From Azolla caroliniana (Eukaryota; Plantae; Polypodiophyta), in NCBI GenBank assembly GCA_043228905.1, contig JBHGNT010000004.1:13702001-13766000 (forward strand): a DNA stretch of 64,000 nt. The letters run 5' to 3'. The notes under the pieces are model-generated. The model made no database searches and was not told where the DNA came from. It was given only the letters and a program-made list of their open reading frames with translations. Below are positions 49,731 to 63,699 of this stretch, piece after piece. Position 1 is the first letter of the stretch; each line of letters opens with the position of its first letter. The translations under genes were made by a program, and so were the position numbers.

Positions 49731-50132
49731 CTCAAAGCCTAGGTGAGGTATGCGACAGACTAACGAGGGTTAAAGAAATCAACCTTGGGAAGGGGGTGGA
49801 CCCCAAACCAGTGTTCATAGCCACAGATCTCCAGTCGGACGAGGAGACGCCCTTGATCACCCCCCTCAAAGCCTAGGTGAGGTATGAGACGGACCAACGA
49901 GGGTTAAAGAAATCAACCTCGGGAAGGGGGGGGACCCCAAACCAATGTTCATAGCCACAGATCTCCAGTCGGACGAGGAGATGCCCTTGATCACCCCTCT
50001 CAAAGCCTAGGTGAGGTATGCGACGGACCAACGAGGGTTAAAGAAATCAACCTCGGGAAGGGGGTGGACCCCAAACCAGTGTTCATAGCCACAGATCTGC
50101 AGTCGGACGAGGAGACGCCCTTGATCACCCTC
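49731..50132 (+). repeat. 134-bp tandem triplication in the PR-RT linker of D
   Basis: CTCAAAGCCTAGGTGAGGTATG at 49731, 49865 and 49999. Confidence 0.93.
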
Positions 50133-52719
50133 CTCATGGAATTTAGCGACGTGTTCGCATGGTCATACGTAGATATGAAAGGGGTTCCGGCCGAGGTTGT
50201 CACCCATAGTATCCCCATGCGAGCCGACCCCCGCCCAATCTGACAAAGGCCGCGCCCAATGAACCCTAACTACGCCCAACAAGTAAAAGCCGAAATCAAC
50301 AAAATGTTGGACGCGGGCATCATATACCCGATCGAACACATCACTTGGGTCTCCCCGATTGTAGTCGTCTCGAAGAAACACGGCCAAATCTGCATATGTG
50401 TAGACTACTGCCAAGTCAACGAAGCCACCATCAAGGACAACTACCCGGTACCCTACATCAAGCACTTGAAAGAATCACGGGAGCCGAAGCTTATAGCTTC
50501 ATTGACGGGTTCTCGGGGTACAACCAAATGTCGGTGGTGCTTGAGGATCAACACATGATGGCCTTCGCCACCGAATTTGGTACGTTCACTTATAAGCAGA
50601 TGCCTTTTGGGGTCACAAGTGCCCTGAGCACCTATCAAAAGGCGGCAGACCATATCTTCGCGGCAAGGTTTGGACAAGGGGTGGAGTCCTATGTCGGCGA
50701 TTTATGTTGCCATTCGAAACGGCATGACCACCTAGCGCTACTCCGCTTGACGTTCGAAAAATGCAGGGCCTATCAACTCTCTCTCAACCCACTCAAGTGT
50801 TAGTTCTGGGTCAAACACGGATTAATATTAGGCCATGTTGTGTCCCGACATGGGATCTCGAATAATGAGGCAAAAGTAAAATTCATACTCGACATGCCAC
50901 CTCCCGCGAACAAGAAATAACTACAAAGGTTCATGGGATACGCAGGTTACTACAGACACTTCATTAAGATGTTCATGAACAAGGCCAAACCACTCTACGC
51001 CCTACTAAAACAGTCCACTTGGACGGAAGAGTGCACCCACTCGTTCGATCTCTTGAAAGACTGCATAACTAAGGCCCCCATCCTCCGATCCCCACACTGG
51101 ACCATAGAATTCCACGTTCACACCCACGCTTCCGCCTTCGCGATTGGTGCAGTACTAGCTCAACCCGGCGAAGGGGCACTCGACCTACCGATCACCTTCG
51201 CTAGTCGTAAATTGAACACCACGAAACGAAATTACTCTACGATGGAACGAGAAGCTTTGGCCATGGTTTACAACGTGAAAAAGTTCCGACATTACCTCTT
51301 GGTGTCATGTTTCTTGTTTTTTGTAGATCATCAAGCCCTCCTCTACTTGGTAAATAAAAATCACGCCACAGGACGCATATCACGATGGATCGTAATGTTA
51401 CTCGAGTTCGACTTCAAGGTGGTGGCGAGAAAAGGAAAAGACCATGTACTCGCCGCCGATCATTTCTCCCGAATACCAAACGGAGAAGAAGCCACTGGGG
51501 TCAACGATGAAACACTAGATGCAACATTATTCACGATCGACACCGTCCTAGCATGGGCATCAAACATCATTCGCGTCTTGACCGAAGGGGCGTCCTTCCT
51601 AAAACAACAAAGCTGGACACATGCGCGTGTCTTGTTAAGGAAATGTGGCCCCTTCACGATGCTCAGAGGTAACAATGATGTACTTCGGAGCTGTGTAACG
51701 GACCATGACGTTGTCGCCGTCCTTGAACAAGCTCACTGCGGAAGCGAAAGTGGTCATTTCAATCACGAGGTCACCGCACGCAAGATCCTCCAGTCCGGCC
51801 TATGGTGGCCAACACTCTTCAAAGACACATACGAGTATGTACGCCGATGTGATGAGTGTCAGCGTTTCAAACATCTGCTAAAAGCGGATTTCAACACATT
51901 AAACCTAGTGGCGGCGTGGCAACCATTCGAGAAATGGGGTATCGATTTTATCGGCCCAATTAGCCCAGCTTCCAACCTCAATCGATGCATAATAACTGCC
52001 ACTGACTATGCTACCAAGTGGGTGGAAGCTAAAGCTTGCGTTAATGCCGATGCACATAGCACCGCCAAAATCCTGTACAAAAATGTCATATTACGGTTTG
52101 GATGCCCGCTCGAAATCATTAGCGATCAAAGCTCCCATTTCCTCAACGAAGTGATAGCACATCTACTAGGCAAATTTATGGTGACACACCACAAGAGTTC
52201 CTCTTATTACCCTCGATGCAACGGAAAAGCGGAAACCACGAATAAGGTGTTATGCGTAGCACTCACAAAGATAATCGCCGCCTCGCGGTCGGATTGGAGC
52301 ACCAAACTCCAAGCGGCATTATGGGCTTTCTGCACTTCCTACAAAGTCGCAACCTATCACACACCATTTAAACTAGTATATGGACAAGAAGCGGTATTGC
52401 CCATCGAGTTCCTTGTCCCCAGCCTCAGGATAGCCGTACAAGAATGATGGGACGGGGACCCCCTCCCGTCACGCCTAGAGAACTTAGAACTACTGACCGA
52501 AACTCGCTTTCTCGCATTCCAAGCACTCTTGGCAGAGAAAGGCAACAGAAAGGCGTGGCACGACAACAAAGTAAGAGATAAAGCTCTCGTTGAAGGAGAC
52601 ACGGCTCTCAAATTCGCCTCTCAACGGCACACAAAAAAGCTTAAATTACGTGGTGAAGGCCCATATGTGGTCTAAGAGATTACCAAGATAGGAGCATGTC
52701 GGATACGCATGCTCGAGGG

Positions 52720-55700
52720 TGTTGAGCGGCAAGCTCAACCGGATCCGGATCGGCTAAATAAGCCTGAGCCGGATCGGCATCCGGAAGGATAAGCCGGAAC
52801 GGTGAGCCGGTGACAAGTGAGTCGGTAAGCTTGGGAGCTGGTTAGCCGGATCCAGCAGTAACCGGAAGCCTAGTAGCAGCCTAGACTACTAGGTAGTTAA
52901 TGTCTCGTAGTTAGTGTCCGACGCTCGTGTGAGCATTGAAGTACACCGTACTTCTATCAGTCCTCTTAGGACTTGTATAAATAGTGTTGTTGAGCATTTT
53001 GCATGTACAGAGAATTTTACAGAGTTTTTGATAATAGATTTAAGTTGTTCTGCTCTTTCTTTGTCTCTCTTGCATACCTTATGTGTGTTAATCTCTCTCT
53101 CACTCTCTGTTGCTATCCGGCTAAGCTGGTTGTCTAACGCTTCCACACCTTCATTTTTACATGGTATCAGAACGCGAGGGTTGAGAACCTTTGCAACCGA
53201 CATCAGCATCTGAACACAAACATTAAGACCCGGTAAACAGAAAGAGAAGCGATGGACAAAGGGATGGCTAGCTCACTCCCGGTGGAGAAGCTCGACAAAT
53301 CCAACTACGCATCTTGGTCATACAAGATGCACCAGGACCTGCTTGGGCATGGTTACTGAAGTTATGTCGACGGAGCTAACGACACAACACCTGATGCGGC
53401 ACACAAGGACTTCCTAGAGTGGGAACAAGCGGCAAGCAGAGTGATGTACTTCTTTGCGTCCAGTGTCTGAAATGCCAAGACGCTAAAAGAATCTTGGGGA
53501 AACCTGAAGAAGGTTCTCGAGGCAAGTACTACGGCCCGGAAGTTGCAACTCCGACAGGAGTTGAGCAATGTCCAACAGAAGGACATGTCGGTAGTCGATT
53601 ACACGGCCCGAATCAAAGAGATCTGTGACTTACTTGCCTCTATCAGCATCACTGTAGAGGAAGATGAGATGGTGCAGATCTGTCTCTGGGGCCTAGTGTC
53701 TAAGTTCAGAGTGTTCCGAACGGCGGTATGTACAAGGGAGAATACGCCGTCATTTTTGGACTTACAGTCCATGCTCCTTGTAGAAAAGAACCACGCCGGT
53801 GCGTCAACAAGTGCACCCACCGACAACCAGATGTTGTACATGGAGGTGGATCGGCCCCATGGGTGTGGTGGACGAGGCGGGTCGGCTCGCAATGGTAGCA
53901 GCAGGCAAGAGTAGGACCGAAGGCACAGATTATTGTGCAAGGGTGTAGAGATGGGAGGTTGTTCATCCTCGACACCAATGACGTTGGCACCGCTTTGTTC
54001 GCCAAAGGACAGAAGATTGAATTAGATATGGATCTCTGGCACAAGAGGATCGGCCACGTCAATTACCGGAGGCTTCAAGACCTGCAAACGAAACAAGTTG
54101 TTTTCAGTCTGCCGAAGTTCAGTGGCCGGAAGGTCCAAATATGTGAAAACTGCCAACTTGGGAAGTGTTGAGCGGCAAGCTCAACCGGATCCGGATCGGC
54201 TGAATAAGACTGAGCCGGATCGGCATCTAGAAGGATGAGCTGGATCGGGAAGCCGGTGAGCTGGGGAGCCAGTTTGCTAGATCAAGCAGTAACCGGAAGC
54301 CAAGTAGCAGCTAGTCTACTAGGGATTTCATATCTCGTAGTTAGTGTCAGACGCTCGTGTCAGCATTGAAGTACACCGTACTTCTGTCAGTCTGGATGGA
54401 CTTGTATAAAAGTGTTCACTGAACACATACAATATACAGACTGAGTAGCACTAGTTGAGTTGAGTTTTTGTGTGCCTTCTCTCTTTGTCTCTCCCGTGTA
54501 CTGTTAAGCTCTCCATTAAACCTGTTTTGTGTTTTCTATTGCTTCCGCACGCTATTTGTTTCTACATGGTATCAGGGCACGAGGGTTGAAGACCTCTGTA
54601 GCTGGCATTCGCTTTTGCAAGACAAACCCTACAGGTTGTGAGAACAGAACAGTAGACAAAAAAAAAAAAGGACAGAGGAATGGCAAGTTTGCTCCCGGTG
54701 GAGAAGCTCGACAGAACCAACTACGCATCTTGGTCTTACAAGATGCACCAGTACCTACTTGGGCATGGTTACTGAAGCTATGTCGACGGAGCTAACGACA
54801 CAACACCTGATGCGGCACACAAGGACTTCCCGGTGTGGGAACAATCGGCAAGCAGAGTGCTGTACTGCTTTGTGTCCAGTGTCGAAGACTAGCTGTTGAG
54901 CCACATCCGAGATGTTAAGACGCCGAAGGAGGCTTGGGGAAACCTGAAAAAGGTGTTTGCCGCAAGCACTACAGCCCGAAAGCTGCAACTCCGACGGGAG
55001 CTGAGCAATGTCCAACAGAAGGACATGTCGGTGGCAGATTACACGGCCCGAATTAAAGAGTTCTGTGACTCGCTTGCCTCTATCAACGTCACTATAGAGG
55101 AAGACGAGATGGTACAGGTCTACCTTGGGGGCCTGGCGTCTAAGTTCCGAGCTTTCCGGATAGCAGTATGTACGAGGGAGAATACACCGTCATTTTTCGA
55201 CTTACAGTCGATGCTCCTTGTAGAGCAGAACCACGCCGGTGCATCAACAAGTGCACCCACCGACAGTCGGATGATGTACACGGAGGCGGATCGGCCCTGT
55301 GGCGTGGTGGACGAAGCGGGTTGGCTCGCAATGGTAGCGGCCGACAAGAGCAAGACCGACGGTACAGAGACCGTGCCAACAACAGTTCCGGGACCTCCAC
55401 AACTAGGGGGAGTCAAGGTCCCGCTCGAGGCCGACAAGACAAATCCGCCATATAATGTTGGTATTGTGGTAAAAAGGGCCACAGAGAAAGCGAGTGTTGG
55501 AAGAAGCGTGCAGATTCGGATAGATCCGGATCCGGCAAGGCCGGCAGAGAGAACCGGCAATACTCGCACTACGCAGATGGATCGGGAGGATCCAAAACCG
55601 GAAAAACTGGTAAAGGGCCAGCCTTGGTGATGAAACACAAGGCTAACTCGATGAAGAAGACCACTTCCAAATTGGAGGAAGTGTGGTACGTTGACTCCGG

Positions 55701-58700
55701 TGCGTCGAATCACATGACGAACCACAAAGAGTGGTTCTCCTTCCTGGAGACACTGGAACAACCGGGAGTTGTCGAAACCGAAGATGACACTCCTCACCCA
55801 ATCGTGCATGTCGGAGAAGTTCCCTTGAGCCACGTCGGACAGAGGGGGAAGCTGATGAACGTATTACACGTTCCGACTATCAGGAAGAACCTGGTGTCAG
55901 TCGGACAAATCGTTGACAAGGGAATGCAGGTGCGGTTTACGCACCTCGGGTGCTTCATCGAGGAGGAGGGCCAGATTATTGCGCAAGGGCGCAGAGACGG
56001 GAGGATGTTCATCCTCGACACCAATGACGTCGACACCGCTTTATTCGCCAAAGGATAGAAGATTGAATCGGACATCGATCTCTGGCACAAGAGGATCGGC
56101 CACGTCAATTACCGGAGGCTTCAAGACCTACAAACGAAACAAGTTGTTTTCAGTTTGCCGAAGTTCAGTGGCCGGAAGGCCCAAGTATGTGAAGCCTGCC
56201 AACTCGGGAAGCAACACTAGCTTCCATTCCCCACCGAACAAAACCGTAGCCGTAACAAGCTCAACCTTATTCATTCGGATGTATGGGGACCGGCACAGAA
56301 CGTGAGTCTTGGCGAGAGTCGATACTTCGTCTCCTTCATCGACGACTATAGCCAACACACATGGATCTACCTCATTGAGTGGAAGAGCAAAGTCTTCGAC
56401 AGTTTCCGGAACCTCCAAAGCATGGTGGAACGGGAATAAGAGAGGAAGTTCAAGTGCTTGTGGTCAGATGGCGGAAAAGAATATTTTCCCAGCCAATTCA
56501 ACAGTTATCTGCAGCAAACAGGAATTCGGAGAGAGTTCAGATGCAGATACACACCAGAACAAAACGGTGTGGCCGAAAGGAAGAACCGGTCGCTTGTCGA
56601 AGCGGCAAAGGCCATGCTAGAAGAGAAGAGCATGCCCCATTTCTACTGGGCGGAGGTGGTCCGGACGGTCGTCTACATCCAAAACCGGATCAGTGACAAG
56701 GTGTCCGCGCATGAGCTGTATTTCGGGCGTAAGCCAAATTTGCGACACCTTCGGATTTTCGGCAGCATATCATATGTGCATGTGCCGGATGAGAAGCGGA
56801 GGAAGCTGGATGCAAAATCAGAGAAGTGCATCCTCGTCGGCTACTCACATGAGCAAAAGGGGTATAAGTGTTATAACCCCTGGACGAAGCAAGTCCAAGT
56901 TCGTCACGATGTTGAGTTTGATGAGATGGCATCATGGTATACCTTACCGGCTCCGACTTCGGACCCCAACTTGATATCGGAGGATGAGGCTAGTGAGCCT
57001 GAATCGCTGCAAATAGAAGATAATGAATCCGGAACTCAAGAAGAGAGTCCGGAATCGTTTCGGTTGAGTGGGCCGAACGAGAGATTGGGTCAATCCAACC
57101 AGTCAAAAGAGGAACCGGCGAGTAATGAAGACTCTGTCGTGCTCTCCCCGTGCAAGGAACCGAGGAGATGGTTCACACGCAAAGAGAAGGGAAAGAAGAA
57201 GATGTCGGATTATGAAACCGGTAATGATGAGTCGGATCAGAGCAGATCCAACTCCGGAAAGGATAATGGCGGTCCTTCGGCACCGAAAACCGAACCGGCC
57301 AAGAAGGGCCGCAAACTGGGTAACGATGGGTTACGCTGGTCAACACGCCAGAAGGAACCTGTTAAGCGGTACGTGTACAATGAGTACATGGCGCATCACT
57401 ATGTGTACATGACCAAGGTGGCGGAAGTGCATGAGCCGGAGAGCTACGCAGAAGCGACAAAGGACGCACATTGGCGTGCTGCTATGGAAAAAGAGATGCG
57501 GGCACTTGATGCCAATGATACATGGGACCTGGTTGATGCTCCACGTCACAATAAACCGATTAGATGCAAGTGGGTGTACAAGGTAAAGTACAACGCTGAT
57601 GGTTCAATTAACCGGTACAAGGCCCGGTTAGTGGCGAAGGGATATGCGCAGACCCACGGAATCGACTATGACGAAACCTTCACTCCAGTAGCGAAGATGA
57701 CGACGGTTCGTGTGGTGCTGGCGATTACTGCGGCAAGGGAGTGGCACCCTCACCAGATGGACGTGAAGAATGCATTTCTTCAAGGCGATCTAGAAGAAGA
57801 GGTCTTTATGACCCAACCTCCCGGTTTTCAGTTAGGAATGAACAAGTCGATTGTATGCCGGCTGAAGAAGTCGCTATATGGCCTAAAACAAGCCCCCCGA
57901 GCTTGGAATGCGAAGATTACGCACCAGCTACGTAAGTTGGGGTTTGCGGCCTCCAAATCTGACTCTTCATTGTTCATCCGGCAAGGTCCGGACAATCCGG
58001 TTTGTATCTTGCTGTATGTTGATTATCTAGTCATCACCGGACCCGAACTCGATGAAATAAGTCACATCAAGTCCCAGCTATCGGACGCATTTGAGATGAT
58101 GGACCTAGGGAACCTTCACTATTTCCTTGGGATCGAGGTGATCCGAACCCCTGACGGCATATTGCTCTCACAAAGACACTATGTGTTGAATATGTTGTAC
58201 AAGTTCGGCATGACGAAATACCGCCCTATTTCTACACCCTTAGACCGGAACCAGAAGCTCCGTCCTGACTCCGGACCGGCCTGCGATGCAAAACGGTTCC
58301 GAAAAATTGTCGGAAGCCTTATATATTTGACCATCACCCTACCCGACATCAACTATCCGGTCGGTGTGATTAGTCAATTCATGCAAAGCCGACCGTCCAG
58401 CATCTTCAGTGCGCGCACCGAATACTGCGGTATGTGAACGTTATGAAGGACCGGGGACTGTTATACCGGCGAGGTATGACCGAAGAGCTAGTCGGCTACA
58501 CGGATGCTGATTGGGCCAGCGATGCATCAGATCGTCGTTCAAGTTCCGGCTATATGTTTTCCCTTGGTAGCAGACCTGCGGATCGAGGTGCCCACCCCGA
58601 TCTTGATCTACTGCGACAACATAAGCAGCATGCAGCTCGCCAAGAACCCCGTTTTCCATGCTCACACAAAGCACATCGAAGTGCACTATCACTTCATGCG

Positions 58701-61700
58701 TGAGTGTGTCCTGAGCGGTGAAGTCGATCTTCGGTATGTTCATATTGATCGGCAAGTTGCCGACATCTTCACCAAACCGCTCGGATCGGACAAGTTGCAA
58801 CACTTCAGCAAAATGCTTGGTGTTCAGCATCTCGACGTGCCACACTTGAGGGGGAGAATGGGCAAGGACACCACCGGAACGGGCAAAGGCAAAGAGACTG
58901 CCGATTGCACCAGTGGGGGAAGAACCGGCAAGGGGAGAGACAAGAAGAAGAAAGGAGCCGAGTCGACAAAGAAAGTTGACACATCCAAACAAGTCGGAAC
59001 AAGCGGCAGCGGAGGAAAAGTCAAGAAGGATAGAGCCGATCGGAAGAAGAAGGCCAAGACCCGGACATGGTCCGATGTGGTGAAGGGCCTGGAACCAGAA
59101 GAAGAATTGGGAGCAACCGATTTGGACAAGAGCTGGAACGAATCGGAGACAGTCGATTCGGTTCTAGAGAAGGATTCAGGAGAACCGGATCAATTCAAGG
59201 GCAAGAGGACAAGAAGGCAGCGAGGGAGCTGAATTGGGCCTGTTGAGCAGACAAGTCGACCAAGGAAGTCGAGGTGCGTAGGAACAGAAGGGTCGCGACA
59301 AACGGGACCGCACCGGACGAGGAGCGCGAGCGAGGCGGAGTGACGCCAGAAGGAGCCAGGTGGAAGGACCAGCTGCCATAGAGACTGACACTACGATCCA
59401 ACCTCAAATTGAGCTTGAGGGGGAGTGTTGAGCGGCATGCTCAACTGGATCCGGATCGGCTGAATAAGCTTGAGCCAGATCGGCATCCAGAAGGATGAGC
59501 CGGATCGGTGAGTCGGTGAACTGGGGAGCCGGTTAGTTGGATCACGCAGTAACTGGAAGCCAAGTAGCAGCTAGTCTACTAGGGATTTAATATCTTCTAG
59601 TTAGTGTCAGACGCTCGTGTCAACATTAAAGTACACCGTACTTCTGTCAGTCCGGATGGACTTGTATAAAAGTGTTCACTGAACACATACGATGTACTGT
59701 TAGTTGAATTAGTTGAATTGAGTTTCTGTGTGCTCTCTCTCTTTGTCTCTCCCGCGTACTGTTAAGCTCTCCATTAAACCTATTTTCTATTTTCTGTTTT
59801 CTGTTTTCTATTGCTTCCGCACGCTATTTGTTTCTACAGGAAGCAACACCGGCTTCCATTCCCCACGGAACAAAATCGTAGTTGTAACAAGCTCGACCTT
59901 ATTCATTCGGATGTATGGGGACCGGCACAGAACGTTAGTCTTGGCGGGAGTCAATACTTCGTCTCCTTCATTGATGAATACAGCCGGCACACATGGATCT
60001 ACCTCATTGAGCGGAAGAGCGAAGTCTTTGAGTATTTTCAGAACCTGCAAAGCCTGGTTGAACAGGAAACGGAGAGGAAGATCAAGTGCCTGAGGTCGGA
60101 TGGTGTAAAAGAATATTTTTCTGGCCAATTCAACAATTATCTGCAGCAAAAAGAAATTCGAAGAGAGTTCAGCTGCAGGAGCAAAACGGTGTGGCCGAGA
60201 GGAAGAACTGTTCGATTGTCGACGCGACAAGGGCAATGCTGGAAGAGAAGAGCATGCCCCATTTCTACTGGGTTGAGGCGGTACGGACGGCCATCTATAT
60301 CCAAAACCGGATTGGTGACAAGGTGTCTGTGCATGAGCTGTATTTCGAGCGCAAGCCGAATTTGAGACACCTTCGGATATTCGATAGCATTGCATATGTG
60401 CATTTGCTGGATGAGAAGCGGAGGAAGTTGGATGCAAAGTCGAAGAAATGCATCCTGGTCGGTTACTCGCATGAGCAAAAGGGGTATAAGTGTTATAACC
60501 CCTGGATGAAGCAGGTCCGAGTTAGCCGGGATGTTGAGTTTGATGAGACGACATCATAGTATGCCTTACTGGCTTCGACTTCCGACCCCGACCCGATACC
60601 GGAGGATGAGGCTAGTGAGATTGAACTGGTCTAGTTAGAAGACGAAGCGTTCGAGACTCTAGATGTGAGTCCGGAATCGTTTCGGTTGAGCAGACCAAAT
60701 AAGCGGTTGAGTCAAGATGACCAGTCGGATGAGGAACTGACGAGTAGTGGAGACTCTGTCGTGCTCTCCTCGCGCAAGGAACCAAGGAGACGGTTCACGC
60801 GCAAAGAGAAGGGGAAGAAGAAGATGCCGGAATACGAAATCGGCAAAGTTGAGTCGGATTGGAGCGAATCTGACTAGGGAAAAGATGAAGGCGGATTTTC
60901 AGGAACGAAGTCCGACCCGGCCAAGAAGGGCCTCAAACCGGGTAATGATAAGTTACGCCGGTCTTCCCGTCAGAAGCACCCCTTGAAGCGGTACGGGTGC
61001 AATGAGTACATGGCACATCACTATATGTACATGACCAAGGTGGCGGAAGTGCGTGAGTCGGAGAGCTACGTAGAAGCGGCAAAGGACGCAAATTGGCATG
61101 CCGCTATGGAGGAAGAAATGTGGGCACTTGATGCCAATGACACGTGGGACCTAGTTGAGCCTCCCCGACACTATAAACCGATCGGATGTAAATGGGTGTA
61201 CAAGGTAAAGTACAATGCCGACGGTTCGATTAACCGGTACAAGGCCCGGTTAGTGGCGAAGGGATACGTAGAGACCCACGGAATCGACTACGACAAGACC
61301 TTCGCTCCAGTAGCGAAGATGACGATGGTTTGTGTGGTGTTGGCGGTTGCTGCGGCAAGGGGATGGCATCTTCACCAGATGGACGTGAAGAATGCATTTC
61401 TTCAAGGAGATCTTGAAGAAGAGGTTTTTATGACCCAACCCCCGGTTTCTAGTCGGAGATGAACAAGTCGGTTGTATGCCGGCTAAAGAAGTCACTTTAT
61501 AGCCTGAAGCAAGCCTCTCGAGCTTGGAATGCGAAGATCACGCACTGGTTGCGTATGATGGGGTTTGCGGCCTCCAAGTTCGACTCTTCGTTGTTCATCC
61601 GGCAAGGTCCAGACGGTCCGGTTTGCATCTTTCTGTATGTTGATGATCTAGTCATCACCGGACCCGGACTCGATGAAATCAGCCGAGTCAAGTCCCAACT

Positions 61701-62635
61701 GTCAGACGCATTTGAGATGAAGGACCTGGGGGACCTTCACTATTTCCTTGGGATCGAGGTGATCCAAACCCCCGACGGCATATTGCTCTCACAAAGACAC
61801 TATGTGTTGAATATGGTGTACAAGTTCAGCATGACGGAATGCCGACCGATCTCCACACCCTTGGACCGGAACCAGAAGCTCCGTCCCGACTCCGGACCGA
61901 CCTGCGATGAGAAGCGGTTCCGATAAATCGTCGGAAGCCTTATATATTTGACAATCAGCTGCCCCGACATCAGTTATCCGGTCGGCATGATCAGTCAATA
62001 TATGCAAAAGCCGACCATGGAGCACCTTCTATGCGCGCATCGAATTTTGCGATATGTGAGCGGCACGAAGGAACGGGGACTATTATACCGGCATGGTATA
62101 ACCGAAGAGCTAGTCGGCTACACCGATGCCAACTGGGCCGACTATGCATCGGATTGCCGATCCACCTCTGGCTATATGTTTTCCCTTGGTAGCGCGGTTG
62201 TTGCGTGGAGTAGCAAAAAGCAGCCAACAGTGGCCCTTTCGAGCACTCAGGCTAAATACTAGGGCGCTACTGTTGCCACATGTGAAGCCATTTGGCTTCG
62301 GTGACTGCTGCAAGACCTCCGGATCGAGGTGCCAACCCCAATTCTAATCTACTGTGACAACATAAGCAGCATGCAACTCGTCAAGAACCCTGTATTCCAT
62401 GTTCGCACAAAGCACATCGAAGTGCACTACCACTTCGTGCGTGAGCGTGTCCTAAGCGGTGAAGTCGAACTTCGGTATGTTCATACGGATCAGCAAGTTG
62501 CCGACATCTTCACCAAACCGCTCGGATCGGACAAGTTGCAGCAGTTCACTGAAATGCTTGGTGTTTAGCATCTCGACGTGCCACACTTGAGGGGTAGAAC
62601 GGGCAAAGGAGACAACCGATTCGGTTCAACAGATT
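52720..62635 (+). mobile_element. Ale-like copia F (5' LTR 52720-53161), host to J, 3'-truncated
   Basis: PBS TGGTATCAGAAC at 53162, gag, a deletion at ~53928 and IN-RT-RH at 59839-62600. No 3' LTR was seen. Confidence 0.88.
54166..59838 (+). mobile_element. Ale-like copia J (LTRs 54166-54566 and 59426-59838)
   Basis: TSD GGAAG, PBS TGGTATCAGGGC, a 659-aa IN-RT ORF at 56458-58437 and PPT GAGGGGGAG. Confidence 0.94.
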
Positions 62636-62699
62636 AGTTTACTTTGGTTTATTGATTAGTAATAGACTCTTAACAAGAATACTCGACTATTCGGTATTG

Positions 62700-63490
62700 A
62701 GATGAGCTAAAACCAACATATTCATCGTCAATGCAATATAAATGGATGGTGGATCTAGTGACAATGCCACTTGGGGAATGTCAAATGCGATATTTAGCAC
62801 TAGCAAGAGAAGACATTACAAACCAAGTAGAAGGAAGACCACTGTAACGACAAAAAACAACTACAGTTGTATGTAAATTTTTGTTAGAAGATGTAACATG
62901 TCATTATGGGTGTGTTGGTAAAATAATTGCAGATAGAGGAGAACTTGATTCTGATGAAGCTAGACAATTCTTCAGTCGGATAGGGGTCAAGTTATCACTT
63001 ACAACTACTTATAATCGAGAAGGCAATGGAAAGATTGAAAGAGGACATAGCCCAATAGTTAAGGCAATCGTGAAAAGTTGTAAAGGTAAAATAAGAGATT
63101 GGCCACGCATGCTACCTTATGCACTATGGACGGATCGAACAACGCATAGTTCGGTAACAGGATACATGCCAACTGAATTGATACTTGGCCAAAAGCCCAT
63201 CATGCCAATAGAAGAATCAATTATGTCATGGACATCTATTCCTTGGAGAGAAGAGGTGAGTAGAGAAGAATTTCTTGCTTTGCGAATTCAACAATTAGAG
63301 TGTCGACCTAAAGATATAGAATTAGTAGCCCAACGATTGAAGGAGGCTTGACTAAAGAATAAAATTCATTTTGATAAAACTCACTGAATTCAGCCTAAGA
63401 AAATAGAAGAGGGGGATTGGTTGATTGTGTAGGATAGCAGTTTAGATAATCAACATAATATTGTCCGCAAGTTCGCTGAAAGTTGGTTTG
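62700..63490 (+). pseudogene. Gypsy integrase fragment of a further family
   Basis: KWMVDLVTMP..AREDITNQVEGRPL..YGCVGKIIADRGE..YNREGNGKIERGH..ALWTDRTTHSSVTGYMP. Confidence 0.8.
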
Positions 63491-63668
63491 AGCACCTTCA
63501 GTGCGCGCATAAACTATTGAGGTATGTGAGCTGCACTAAGGATCATGGACTGTTATACTGATACAGTATAAACGAAAAGCTAGTCGATTGGGCCGGTGAT
63601 GCGTCAAATCGTCAGTCCACTTCCAGTTATATGTTTTCTCTAGGTAGCGCGGCTATTGTGTGGAGCAA
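63491..63668 (+). pseudogene. Ale-like copia RT/RNase H junction fragment
   Basis: EHLQCAHKLLRYVS..DWAGDASNRQSTSSYMFSLGSAAIVWS. Confidence 0.75.
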
Positions 63669-63699
63669 ACCCACGTGCAAATGTCTTCATCCGAATTGA

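Larger units (their letters stand above)
39538..52719 (+). mobile_element. Non-chromovirus (Athila/Tat-side) gypsy D: 5' LTR 39538-~39944, decayed gag-PR-RT-RH-IN
   Basis: TG start, TATA at ~39692 and a PBS-like TGTGCCACTGCCGGGGA (compare tRNA-Asp PBS TGGCGCCGTTGCCGGGGA). Two knuckle remnants, IIDTGAGVS, MPFGV..YVGD, NYSTMEREAL and WGIDFIGP. The 3' end is not seen. Confidence 0.85.

Noticed and set aside
13279-54165. Targeting of CxxC..GK codons (TSDs GAAAG and GGAAG)
   Set aside because: Only two cases from different families. The other TSDs share no motif.
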